Positions 55,249-63,810 of a stretch of 64,000 nucleotides of DNA are shown one piece after another. Numbering within the stretch: the first letter of the stretch is position 1; the number at the start of each line of letters is the position of its first letter. The DNA lies in assembly GCA_965206955.1 (NCBI GenBank), contig OZ242252.1, forward strand, positions 2,307,771-2,371,770, read 5' to 3'. Both the position numbers and the translations under genes were made by a program. This DNA comes from Candidatus Foliamicus sp. (lineage in GTDB: Bacteria > Pseudomonadota > Gammaproteobacteria > Steroidobacterales > Foliamicaceae). The notes under the pieces were generated by a model, which saw nothing but the letters and a program-made list of their open reading frames with translations, did not search any database and was not told the DNA's origin.

Positions 55249-57003
55249 CCTTGCTCGCAGGCTGCGTGGCTCCTGTACTTGCTGTTTTGTTGCATCTGGA
55301 CTACGGCGCAGGCGCAGGACGACAACGCCGAGCGGGTTATCGGGGTGCTGTTCGTGATCCACGGCGGCGCCGAGGACTGGAGCGAACGAGGGGCGTTCGA
55401 CACCGCCGCGCAGCTGTTTTCCTACGATCACAACAGTCCCGTCTACCAGCGATTTCTCTGGGACCCGCGCATCTGGCCCCGGTTCATGCAGTTCGGCAAC
55501 GGCCCCAAGGAGGGGCTCAAGTACGGGTTCGAATACGAGCGCATTGGGGGGCCGAGCCCGTTCTATCGCATTACCCGTTCGCAGATGGCCATGCTGGAGG
55601 AGGAACTGGCGGCGCGTTCGCAGGATCTCGGGGTGCGATTCGTGGTCGATATGGCGTCATGGATGGCCGCCGACCCGAAGCACCACCCGTGGCCGAGATT
55701 GGTGTACGGCCCGGGAAGCCCTCAAGGGCAGCCGCTCACCTGGTGCGGGCCGGAGGGTGCTCCGTGGGCGGATTGCGATCCCCAACGGCATAACGTAAAT
55801 GGGCCCATACCTCGTCTGCTGGCGCAGGGAGTGACGGAAATACTGGCAGTGGATATGACCGTCGGCGGTCCCCGGTTTTCCAAGACGCATGACGTGATAA
55901 GCACACTGCGCCTGCGGCTTGCCGCTGAGGCGGGCGAGGACAGCGAGCCGATACCCCTGCGCTGGCTGAACGATCCCGCAGACCTGATGCGTGACTCCTA
56001 TCCGGCGGAGCCGGCCGGATGGACGCGTTCCCTGGGGCCGCCCGCCACCGATCGCAGCGTCGCGCTCGAAGGCCGTCCCAACCCGGTGGTGGCCTCACCG
56101 ATCCTGGCTTTGCTGCACGCGGAGGGCATCGCGCACCGGTTCAACCCGCAAGTCGCCGAAGCCGACACCGGTATCGTGCTGTTGGGCCACGCCTTGCGGC
56201 GCTACGACGAGTATTTCGACCCGAAGATCAACGATACGCTCACGCTGCATCGAATGATCGAGCTGGAGTTGCTGCGCCTTTACCCGGAACTCAAGCAGCG
56301 CCGGATTGTGGGCGCCTGGGCCGGCGACATGGTAACCAACGAGCAAATGCCGCCATCGCCCGCCGGCCGCCTTGAACGCAGCCGCCCCATGCGCGGTGAA
56401 AACCTCGGATACGCGTCGCTCTATGAACAACCCGGAGTACACCCCGAAGGCAAGTGGGGATTTCGTTACTGGGAGGCGCTGGATTTCCTGCTTGATGAGG
56501 GCGTCAAACACATCGTCGTGGCGTTTCCCCAGATCGTGGCCGATTCAGTGCTCAACCTCGTAGAGTTGCCAAACCAGATCGGCAAGGAGATTGGTTATCG
56601 CACCTGGCTGTACTACGACGACGGTGACTACACACGCTATCCGGAGGTAGGGAGTCCGTTCGCCGATTATTGGGGCGTGTGGGTGAATACCGAGTGCCTC
56701 GACGGCGAATCGAAAATTCCTTGCTGCCTGGAACTGGGCGGCTGTGCCGACGGACGAAGCTATCCGCCGAAGCGGCAAACGCCTTCCGACCGCCGGCGCA
56801 ACGATATGGATCCGTCCCTGGGCTTCGACGTGCCTGCATACGGACACCTGGGCTATGACCCGGCGGAAGGCAAACCGTCTTCCGACCAACCGGTGCAGCA
56901 ACAGTACCGGGGCAGCTGGGCAATGTGGCGACCTCCCAACGATGACCCGCGTATGGGCGCGCTCATGGCAAAAATGGTGCTGGATGCCGTTCGTACACGC
57001 TAA
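55162..57003 (+). CDS. secreted ferrochelatase-fold (class II chelatase-like) protein with insertions and a Cys-rich C-terminal region
   Basis: Blocks align with HemH: VIGVLFVIHGG, YERIGGPSPFYRITRSQMAMLEEEL, GVTEILAVDMTV, GIVLLGHALR, HIVVAFPQIVADSVLNL. Signal peptide ...AAWLLYLLFCCIWTTAQA|QDD. The only conventional start that keeps the signal peptide is the ATG at 55162, which lies inside the REP element. Confidence 0.6.
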   Translation: MEQPGNEGFQPGNEGFQPSPRAGRPRSQRPCSQAAWLLYLLFCCIWTTAQAQDDNAERVIGVLFVIHGGAEDWSERGAFDTAAQLFSYDHNSPVYQRFLWDPRIWPRFMQFGNGPKEGLKYGFEYERIGGPSPFYRITRSQMAMLEEELAARSQDLGVRFVVDMASWMAADPKHHPWPRLVYGPGSPQGQPLTWCGPEGAPWADCDPQRHNVNGPIPRLLAQGVTEILAVDMTVGGPRFSKTHDVISTLRLRLAAEAGEDSEPIPLRWLNDPADLMRDSYPAEPAGWTRSLGPPATDRSVALEGRPNPVVASPILALLHAEGIAHRFNPQVAEADTGIVLLGHALRRYDEYFDPKINDTLTLHRMIELELLRLYPELKQRRIVGAWAGDMVTNEQMPPSPAGRLERSRPMRGENLGYASLYEQPGVHPEGKWGFRYWEALDFLLDEGVKHIVVAFPQIVADSVLNLVELPNQIGKEIGYRTWLYYDDGDYTRYPEVGSPFADYWGVWVNTECLDGESKIPCCLELGGCADGRSYPPKRQTPSDRRRNDMDPSLGFDVPAYGHLGYDPAEGKPSSDQPVQQQYRGSWAMWRPPNDDPRMGALMAKMVLDAVRTR

Positions 57004-57007
57004 ACCC

Positions 57008-57165
57008 ATGGGAAGGAGGACACCCGGACCTCCGTCGAGGGCGGGGACGCCCTCATCCCCATGGAACAACCTGGGAACGAGGGCTTCCAGCCCTCGACGA
57101 GGGCAAGATGCCCTCGCTCCATTGTTCCTTGCTCGTCAGCGCGTCGGCGCCCGCAGCGAATACTC
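57008..57165. repeat. REP-like composite element, locus H
   Basis: ...CGAGGGCGGGGACGCCCTC...ATGGAACAACCTGGGAACGAGGGCTTCCAGCCCTCGACGAGGGCAAGATGCCCTCGCTCCATTGTTCCTTGCTCGTCAGCGCGTCGGCGCCCGC. Confidence 0.85.
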
Positions 57166-57187
57166 CCGTCGCTGCAGCTGACAGGAA

Positions 57188-58024
57188 ATGAGCAAGCGCG
57201 AGAGCCTCAGCCGCCGGGATTTGCTGGCTGGCGCTGGCAGTCTGGCGCTGTTCGGCTCTCCCTGGGCGTCACTCGCGGAGCAGCAGCCCACGGCGCTTAC
57301 CGGGCTCTCCACGCCACGGGACCACTTATTGGCATTGATTCGCCTTCAAGCCAGCCTGCGCGAGGAGGATGTGCCCTGGTGGTACAGCGGCATCATTTAC
57401 GGGGTCGAAGAAGGCCGGCCACCGCGTCCTCTATTCGGATTCGAAGGGATGGAGATGTACTGGATGCGCCATCTGGACGGCGAGGAATTCGAATTGATCG
57501 GACACACGGTGTCGTTCCTGCGGGATGCCGACAATGGCGACTGGCTGCGCGAGTGGCGCAATCCCTATACCGGCGAGCTGCTTTCGGTGCCGGCAGCAGT
57601 TCAGGGAGGAGGCGCCGGCAGGGGCTTCAATTATTCGGTGAAAGGCATACGGCCGACGCCTTTTATCTCGCAGATGCCGGAGCGCCCACCCGCTTACCGG
57701 ATCATCGCCGGAGGAGGGCAGGTCTGGCTCAGCAAGGAGACCGAATACCCGCCGGGCATGCAGCAGCCCCGATTGCAGCGCCAAACCCTGCACTGCCCGC
57801 TGCAACAATTCAACGACTCCAGCGTGGAGCGCCTGGACACCCAATTTGCCTCAACCGTGTTCATGCCCTGGCGTGACTGGATGAACATGGGTGAACACAA
57901 AGGCCACATGATCTGGCACGCAGCCGGCCTCAAACTCGCTTCAATTGACGCGCTTCCCCCCGACTACCGGCAGCGTTTGGAAGCGGAATACCCGGACAAG
58001 CTCTCAGCCCGCCCCGCAACGTAA
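57188..58024 (+). CDS. Tat-exported protein of unknown function (possibly DUF1838 family)
   Basis: Twin-arginine signal MSKRESLSRRDLLAGAGSLALFGSPWASLA. 278 aa with no recognisable catalytic motif. The family assignment is from memory only. Confidence 0.55.
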   Translation: MSKRESLSRRDLLAGAGSLALFGSPWASLAEQQPTALTGLSTPRDHLLALIRLQASLREEDVPWWYSGIIYGVEEGRPPRPLFGFEGMEMYWMRHLDGEEFELIGHTVSFLRDADNGDWLREWRNPYTGELLSVPAAVQGGGAGRGFNYSVKGIRPTPFISQMPERPPAYRIIAGGGQVWLSKETEYPPGMQQPRLQRQTLHCPLQQFNDSSVERLDTQFASTVFMPWRDWMNMGEHKGHMIWHAAGLKLASIDALPPDYRQRLEAEYPDKLSARPAT

Positions 58025-58123
58025 GGCCGGCAAACTCAGGCAAGTGCCCTCCTTGGCCGCCCGCGGAAATTAACAGGTCGCGGGTACAATATCCGGACCC
58101 TTAGCAAGTTCTTGCCCAGCCCC

Positions 58124-59884
58124 ATGTCCGAGTATCGGCCCCCCGTCGATGAAATGCTGTTTATCCTGAAATCCGTCGCTGGAATGGACGGAGTTGCAGG
58201 GCTACCTGGCTGTGAAATGCTGACGACGGACCTGGCCCGTTCGGTAATGGATGAGGCCGGAGAACTGGCCGCCAATGTGCTTGCGCCGTTGAACGCCAAG
58301 GGCGACCAGACCGGCGCCAGGGTCGCGAATGGCAGCGTGCAAGTGCCGGACAGCTTCCGCGAGGCTTACGAGGCTTTTGTGGATGGAGGTTGGGGCGGCA
58401 TTTCCGCACCCGAGGAGTATGGAGGCCAGGGATTGCCCCAGCTCATCTCCATGCCGGTACAGGAAATGTGGCAATCCGCCAACCTGGCCTGGTCGCTCTG
58501 CCCCCTGTTGAGCCAGGGTGCGTTGCATGCCTTGGAACTATATGCCAGCGACGAATTACGCCGGGAATTCCTGCCTCGATTGGTGAGCGGAGAGTGGACC
58601 GGCACCATGAATCTGACCGAGCCGCAGGCCGGCTCTGACCTCGGGCTGGTGCGCAGTCAGGCGAAGCCGGAGAACGGCCACTACCGGATCAGCGGGCAGA
58701 AGATTTTCATCACCTTCGGTGATCACGACATGACCGGGAATATTCTTCACCTGGTGCTCGCGCGGGTGCCGGACGCGCCCCAGGGAACTCGGGGCCTGTC
58801 CCTGTTCCTGGTACCCAAGCGGATTCCGGACAAGAATGGCTGCGCGGGCGAGCTCAATAATGTGCGTGCGGTGTCCGTGGAGCACAAACTTGGGCTCCAT
58901 GCCAGTCCGACCTGCGTCATGAGTTACGAAGATGCCGTTGGCTACCTCGTGGGCCAGGAGAACCAGGGCCTGCCGCACATGTTCGCGATGATGAACGATG
59001 CGCGCGTTTCCGTAGGACTGCAGGGCGTTGCGGTATCGGAGCGAGCCTACCAGCAAGCGCTGGAATACGCCCGGAATCGCTTGCAGGGCAATTCTCCGGG
59101 CAGCCAGGAAACCGTTCCCATCGTTCGGCATCCCGACGTGCGGCGCATGCTCATGGAAATGAAGTCGCAGATTTTTGCGATGCGTTCGCTGGCCTATATG
59201 GCCGGCATGCACACGGACTACGCTCGCCGGCACCCGGACCAGGACCGGCGCGCCTATCACCAGCGGCGGCTGGATCTGCTTACGCCGATCGTAAAGGGCT
59301 GGATCTGCGAGGTCGGCATCGAACTGACGTCAATTGGAATACAGATTCACGGCGGCATGGGCTACGTGGAAGAAACCGGGGCTGCCCAGCACTATCGCGA
59401 TGCACGCATCACGACTATTTACGAGGGAACCTCCGGTATTCAAGCCGGCGATCTGGTGGGCCGCAAGATGATTCGCGACAAGGGCAGGGCACTGCGCGAA
59501 TTGCTGAGCGAGATGCATGGCACGGCGGACAGGTTGGATGCTCTCCCGGCCGACGACCTGATGGTCGGCGCGGCGCTCAGGGAAGGGCTCACGGAAACCA
59601 ATGCAGTCGTTGAATGGTTCTTCAGCGAGGTGGGCAACCAGGAGGACCTGCCCGGAGCCGCGGCCTTCAGCCTGATGATGATGCTGGGATATCTGTGCGG
59701 CGGCTGGCTGCACGCCCGGGCCGTGCTCGCCGTACCCGTCGCCGGCGACCATCCCACAGCGGAGGCGCGCCGCGTAAGCGCACGCTTCTATGCCGAGAAC
59801 TTCATGCCGCAGGTCACCGCGCGGGCTCGCCGCATACGGGCCGGCGCTGCCAGTACCATGGCGCTGAGCCTCGAGCAGTTCTGA
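58124..59884 (+). CDS. large (~590 aa) acyl-CoA dehydrogenase with N- and C-terminal extension domains
   Basis: The ATG at 58124 gives MSEYRPPVDEMLFIL.... Motifs EEYGGQGLP, GTMNLTEPQAGSDL and YEGTSGIQ are typical of the FadE/DmdC-type long ACAD family. Confidence 0.85.
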   Translation: MSEYRPPVDEMLFILKSVAGMDGVAGLPGCEMLTTDLARSVMDEAGELAANVLAPLNAKGDQTGARVANGSVQVPDSFREAYEAFVDGGWGGISAPEEYGGQGLPQLISMPVQEMWQSANLAWSLCPLLSQGALHALELYASDELRREFLPRLVSGEWTGTMNLTEPQAGSDLGLVRSQAKPENGHYRISGQKIFITFGDHDMTGNILHLVLARVPDAPQGTRGLSLFLVPKRIPDKNGCAGELNNVRAVSVEHKLGLHASPTCVMSYEDAVGYLVGQENQGLPHMFAMMNDARVSVGLQGVAVSERAYQQALEYARNRLQGNSPGSQETVPIVRHPDVRRMLMEMKSQIFAMRSLAYMAGMHTDYARRHPDQDRRAYHQRRLDLLTPIVKGWICEVGIELTSIGIQIHGGMGYVEETGAAQHYRDARITTIYEGTSGIQAGDLVGRKMIRDKGRALRELLSEMHGTADRLDALPADDLMVGAALREGLTETNAVVEWFFSEVGNQEDLPGAAAFSLMMMLGYLCGGWLHARAVLAVPVAGDHPTAEARRVSARFYAENFMPQVTARARRIRAGAASTMALSLEQF

Positions 59885-59885
59885 C

Positions 59886-61037
59886 ATGCGATTCGCCACC
59901 AAACAGATTCATGCAGGCGCCGAGCCCGACCCCACCACCGGGTCGGTGCTGCCGCCCATCTACCAGTCCACGACCTTCGCCCAGCCGTCCGTGGACGAAT
60001 ACCTTTCCAAGGGATATTCCTATTCACGTAGCGGCAATCCGACCGTAAGGGCCCTGGAGAATCGTCTCACCGGTTTGGAGGATGGCGTGGACTGCACCTG
60101 CTTTTCCACCGGGATGGCGGCGATCACCGCGGTGCTGCACGCTTTTCTGAATGCCGGTGATCACGCCCTGGTGTCGCAGGTCGCGTACGGCGGAACCTAC
60201 CGGGTCTGCACCCAGGTGTTCGCGCGATTCGGAGTGCGGTTTACGTTCGTGGATACCTCCGATCCCGATGCGGTTCGATCCGCAATCACGCCGCAAACCC
60301 GGCTCTTGTTGACCGAGACGCCGGCCAATCCCACGCTGGCGCTCAGCGACATCGCCGCCTTGTCGGAAATCGCCCGCGCCAACGGCCTGGTCCATGTGGT
60401 GGATAACACCTTCCTGTCGCCGTACTACCAGCAACCGCTGGCGCTGGGCGCGGACATTTCCTTGCACAGCACCACCAAGTACCTGGACGGCCACAACGCG
60501 ACAGTGGGCGGGGCCCTGGTCGCCGCGAACGCGGAGCTGGACGAGAAGGTGCGGTTTGTTCAGAACGCCACCGGCAGCATCATGTCGCCCATGGTCGCCT
60601 GGCTCACGCTGCAGGGCGTGAAGACGCTTTCGGTGCGCATGGACCGCCAATCAGCCAGCGCCACGCAAATTGCCCGCTACCTGTGCGAGCATCCAGCGGT
60701 AAAGGAAGTGTGCTACCCGGGGCTGGAATCCTTCGCCCAGCACGATCTTGCGACCCGCCAGGCTTCCGGTTACGGCGCCATGCTCTGGTGCGAGCTGAAG
60801 GGGGGCCTTCAAGCCGGCAAGAACCTTATGGACCGGGTGAAGCTGTGGACCCTGGCAGAAAACCTGGGAGCCGTGGAATCACTGATTACCCACCCGGCAA
60901 CGATGACCCACGCAGACGTGGATCCCGCAGAACGCCGCCGCGTGGGTTTGCGCGACGGCCTGGTTCGCCTGTCCGTGGGCCTGGAGGACCCGCAGGACCT
61001 GATCGAAGCACTCGGCGCCGCCCTCCCGAACGGGTAA
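59886..61037 (+). CDS. Cys/Met-metabolism PLP-dependent enzyme (cystathionine gamma-synthase / gamma-lyase / beta-lyase family)
   Basis: 383 aa. N-terminal TKQIHAG...PIYQSTTF and PLP-lysine context HSTTKYLDGH. It starts 1 nt after the ACAD stop. Confidence 0.88.
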   Translation: MRFATKQIHAGAEPDPTTGSVLPPIYQSTTFAQPSVDEYLSKGYSYSRSGNPTVRALENRLTGLEDGVDCTCFSTGMAAITAVLHAFLNAGDHALVSQVAYGGTYRVCTQVFARFGVRFTFVDTSDPDAVRSAITPQTRLLLTETPANPTLALSDIAALSEIARANGLVHVVDNTFLSPYYQQPLALGADISLHSTTKYLDGHNATVGGALVAANAELDEKVRFVQNATGSIMSPMVAWLTLQGVKTLSVRMDRQSASATQIARYLCEHPAVKEVCYPGLESFAQHDLATRQASGYGAMLWCELKGGLQAGKNLMDRVKLWTLAENLGAVESLITHPATMTHADVDPAERRRVGLRDGLVRLSVGLEDPQDLIEALGAALPNG

Positions 61038-61113
61038 CCATTCGGCAACCGTCAGATAGGATTCCTGGGGCTGGCTTGCGATGTGCGGCCAGCTGTCCGT
61101 TCCTCCAATTGAA

Positions 61114-62946
61114 TCAGCGAAACGCGCCGTAGCCGGTCATTTTCGAAACGTCGGGATAGAAAATTCCCAGCGCCGCCTGGTTGTTGGAACGCGTCGAGAA
61201 AATGATGGCGCCTTCCCGGGTGACGTCCAGGTTGGGATTGTCGGCCTGGCGGGGTTCCGGGTAATAGGTGAACGTTTCCGTGTCCGGGTCGAACCGGACC
61301 AGCGCGCCGCCCAGTCCGCCGTCGCCGAACCAGATCTTGTCCTCAGGGTCGGCAACGATGCCGTAGGGCCTCGATGCCTTGACCTTCGAGAATGGAAGGA
61401 TGTCGTATTCCTTCTGTGCCCCGGTGGCCGGGTCCAGCCGTCCCAGTCTTCCGGAGCTGGCGACCGAGTACCAGATCGTGCCCTTGGAGTCGGATGCAAG
61501 CCGGTTGATTGCGCAGGGCTTAATCAATGAGGGGTACTCCATGAACTCTTCAGTTTCCGGATCGAAGCTCGTGACGGCACAGCCGAACAGTTCAGCGAAC
61601 CAGACGATGCCCTGCTGATCCACTTCTATTCCGTAGGGGAAGGAGTGCGCCGTGGGGATTTCCCACAACGTGATGTTTTTCGTCCGGCGTTCCCATTTTC
61701 CGAGTTTGTTACCGCGGATCGCGGTGAACCACACGTCGCCGTTCTGCGCCATGTGCGGGCTGTGGCCGCGAATGTTGCCCACGACTCCTCTTTCGTCGAC
61801 CACCACACCCTCAGGATCCATCGGGTAGCGATCGATCTTTCCTGTACTGGGATCCAGCCGGCCCAAATGCTGGCCCTGGAATTCGGCCCAGAAAACATGG
61901 CCTTCACTGTCGATAGTCAGGTCATGCGGAAAGATGTACGACCAGATCGACTGCGGGTCGCCTTTTTTCTTTCCGTACATGTCGGTTTCCGGATTGTTTT
62001 CGTCATAGCCAATCGGAAAGTGGCTCCACTGCGCGGTGCGGGGGTCGACGCGGCTAAGACCGATCAGGCTGTTGGAGCCCCACAGATTGCCGTCGTTGTC
62101 GAGCATCGGGCGATGCAGCCGATGCTTGAAAGGTTCGTTGGCTGATCTGAGGGACAGGTCGGCGGCCGGATGCAGCGGAGTGAGATACTCAATGAACATC
62201 GCCGAGGCCAGCGTATCTTCGTTAAGCGGATACTCCACGTCGAGGCGCAAGACCTTGGGGAGACTATCCGGACCGAAGTTTTCCGCCAGGTAGTCAGCGA
62301 GGATTTCGTGCTCCTCATCGGTAATGCTGCGGGCTGAGTTGGGATCGGCAAACGGACCGCTGGGATCAAGCATGATGCCTATCATCACGTGCCACTGCGC
62401 TCGTCCCATGCGGTTGGCAGGCAGGAAGGAATGCCCGTGGCAGGTCAGGCAGGTGGGCTCGGCCAGGTCCCTGCCACGCCCGGGGGGATACATCTCGTCA
62501 TAAGAGACCAGTTTCGCGTCCTTGCCGACGCCACCGAATTGCGGTCCCGGCTTGGAGCTGTCCTTCAGGGTCAGTGGATTGTCCGGCCCCGGACGCATCT
62601 CAAGGTCCAGCTCAATTTCCACTTCACCCTGAATTCGCAGCATCTCGTGCCGGGATGTCAGGCCGTTCTTCTCGACCCAGATCCGGTAACCGCCGGGCAA
62701 AAGATTGACCGCGCGATACTCGCCGTTGTGCGTGTACACCGTGTATAGCATGTTCCGGTCAAGGTTTTTCGCATACACCTGCGCGGCCGTGAACGGCGTG
62801 TCAGCCGATACCTTTCCGGTGAGAGTGGCAGTGCCTGGGATTGCCGATGCGCCGTGTGCCAAAGTGGCGGTGCTCGCCGCGATCAACACCGCAGACACGA
62901 CATGCCGGCGTGCACCGCGGAAGTGTTTCCAAGTAATTGTTGACAT
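61114..62946 (-). CDS. secreted paralog (P3): carboxypeptidase-regulatory-like domain + CXXCH cytochrome c motif + Vgb-type beta-propeller
   Basis: The ATG at 62946 gives 610 aa with a signal peptide (...ATLAHG|AS). It is collinear with P2 (13443..15296) and with both halves of the pseudogene P1. It contains EPTCLTCHGHSF. Confidence 0.8.
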   Translation of the reverse strand: MSTITWKHFRGARRHVVSAVLIAASTATLAHGASAIPGTATLTGKVSADTPFTAAQVYAKNLDRNMLYTVYTHNGEYRAVNLLPGGYRIWVEKNGLTSRHEMLRIQGEVEIELDLEMRPGPDNPLTLKDSSKPGPQFGGVGKDAKLVSYDEMYPPGRGRDLAEPTCLTCHGHSFLPANRMGRAQWHVMIGIMLDPSGPFADPNSARSITDEEHEILADYLAENFGPDSLPKVLRLDVEYPLNEDTLASAMFIEYLTPLHPAADLSLRSANEPFKHRLHRPMLDNDGNLWGSNSLIGLSRVDPRTAQWSHFPIGYDENNPETDMYGKKKGDPQSIWSYIFPHDLTIDSEGHVFWAEFQGQHLGRLDPSTGKIDRYPMDPEGVVVDERGVVGNIRGHSPHMAQNGDVWFTAIRGNKLGKWERRTKNITLWEIPTAHSFPYGIEVDQQGIVWFAELFGCAVTSFDPETEEFMEYPSLIKPCAINRLASDSKGTIWYSVASSGRLGRLDPATGAQKEYDILPFSKVKASRPYGIVADPEDKIWFGDGGLGGALVRFDPDTETFTYYPEPRQADNPNLDVTREGAIIFSTRSNNQAALGIFYPDVSKMTGYGAFR

Positions 62947-62973
62947 CGCTCGATAACTCCCTGGAAGTTTTCG

Positions 62974-63079
62974 CAGCGGGCGCCGCTGCGCTGACGCGCA
63001 GGGAACCAACGCTGGGAACGAGGGCGTCCCGCCCTCGACGGAGGGCAAGATGCCCTCCCTCCCAGATTGTTCCATGCAA
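62974..63079. repeat. REP-like composite element, locus I (opposite orientation)
   Basis: GCTGCGCTGACGCGCAGGGAACC...CTGGGAACGAGGGCGTCCCGCCCTCGACGGAGGGCAAGATGCCCTCCCTCCCAGATTGTTCCATGCA. Confidence 0.85.
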
Positions 63080-63229
63080 GTGTGAATGCAGCCCACATAT
63101 CCCTGAGGCTTGCGCATAGTCGCACGCGGACCAGGGTTTGTAAAGGATGGCGCCAGCACCTAAAATGCGAGTCGAATTGTCCCTGGCGGCCCGGTATTAC
63201 CTCACCTTGCACGGCAAAAAGCGATAGCC

Positions 63230-63805
63230 ATGAAAGCGTTACTTTGTCTTGATTTCGAAAACGATATAGTCCACCTGAAGGGCAAAGTGTCGGGCAAGGG
63301 CTATGCGGCCTATGATGCCGACCACGGGACGCTGTCACTAGTGCGCGGCGTCCAGGACAGGTTTCGGGCTGCCGGCCTGCCGGTCATTCACGTGCGGGTC
63401 GGCTTCTATCCGGGTTACGCGCAGAGTCCCAAGGGATCGCCGCTAATGGGGCAGGCGCACCAATTCGGCGCCTTCGATCTGAGTGGGTGGGGTGGCCAAT
63501 TCGTCGATGACGTCGCTCCCCAGGGAGAGGAACTGGTCATTACCAAGCACCGTGTCGGCAGTTTTCACGCAACGGCAATGGAACTGACCTTGCGCAACAT
63601 GGGCGTAACGCACATTTTTCTGGCCGGCGTTGCAACCGATATGGTTGTGGAGTCCACGGCAAGAGAGGCGCATGATCGCGATTTCAGCGTGAGCGTGATC
63701 GCCGATTGCTGTATCGCGGCCAATGAAGAAGACCAGCTGCGCAGCCTCAAGAATATGCAGAAATTGGCCACCATCCTGACCAGCGGTGAGATCGAACTCG
63801 ACTAA
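63230..63805 (+). CDS. cysteine hydrolase / isochorismatase-family protein
   Basis: 191 aa with LLCLDFEND, THIFLAGVATDMVVESTAREAHDRDF and a catalytic Cys context VIADCC. Confidence 0.82.
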   Translation: MKALLCLDFENDIVHLKGKVSGKGYAAYDADHGTLSLVRGVQDRFRAAGLPVIHVRVGFYPGYAQSPKGSPLMGQAHQFGAFDLSGWGGQFVDDVAPQGEELVITKHRVGSFHATAMELTLRNMGVTHIFLAGVATDMVVESTAREAHDRDFSVSVIADCCIAANEEDQLRSLKNMQKLATILTSGEIELD

Positions 63806-63810
63806 GGCCC

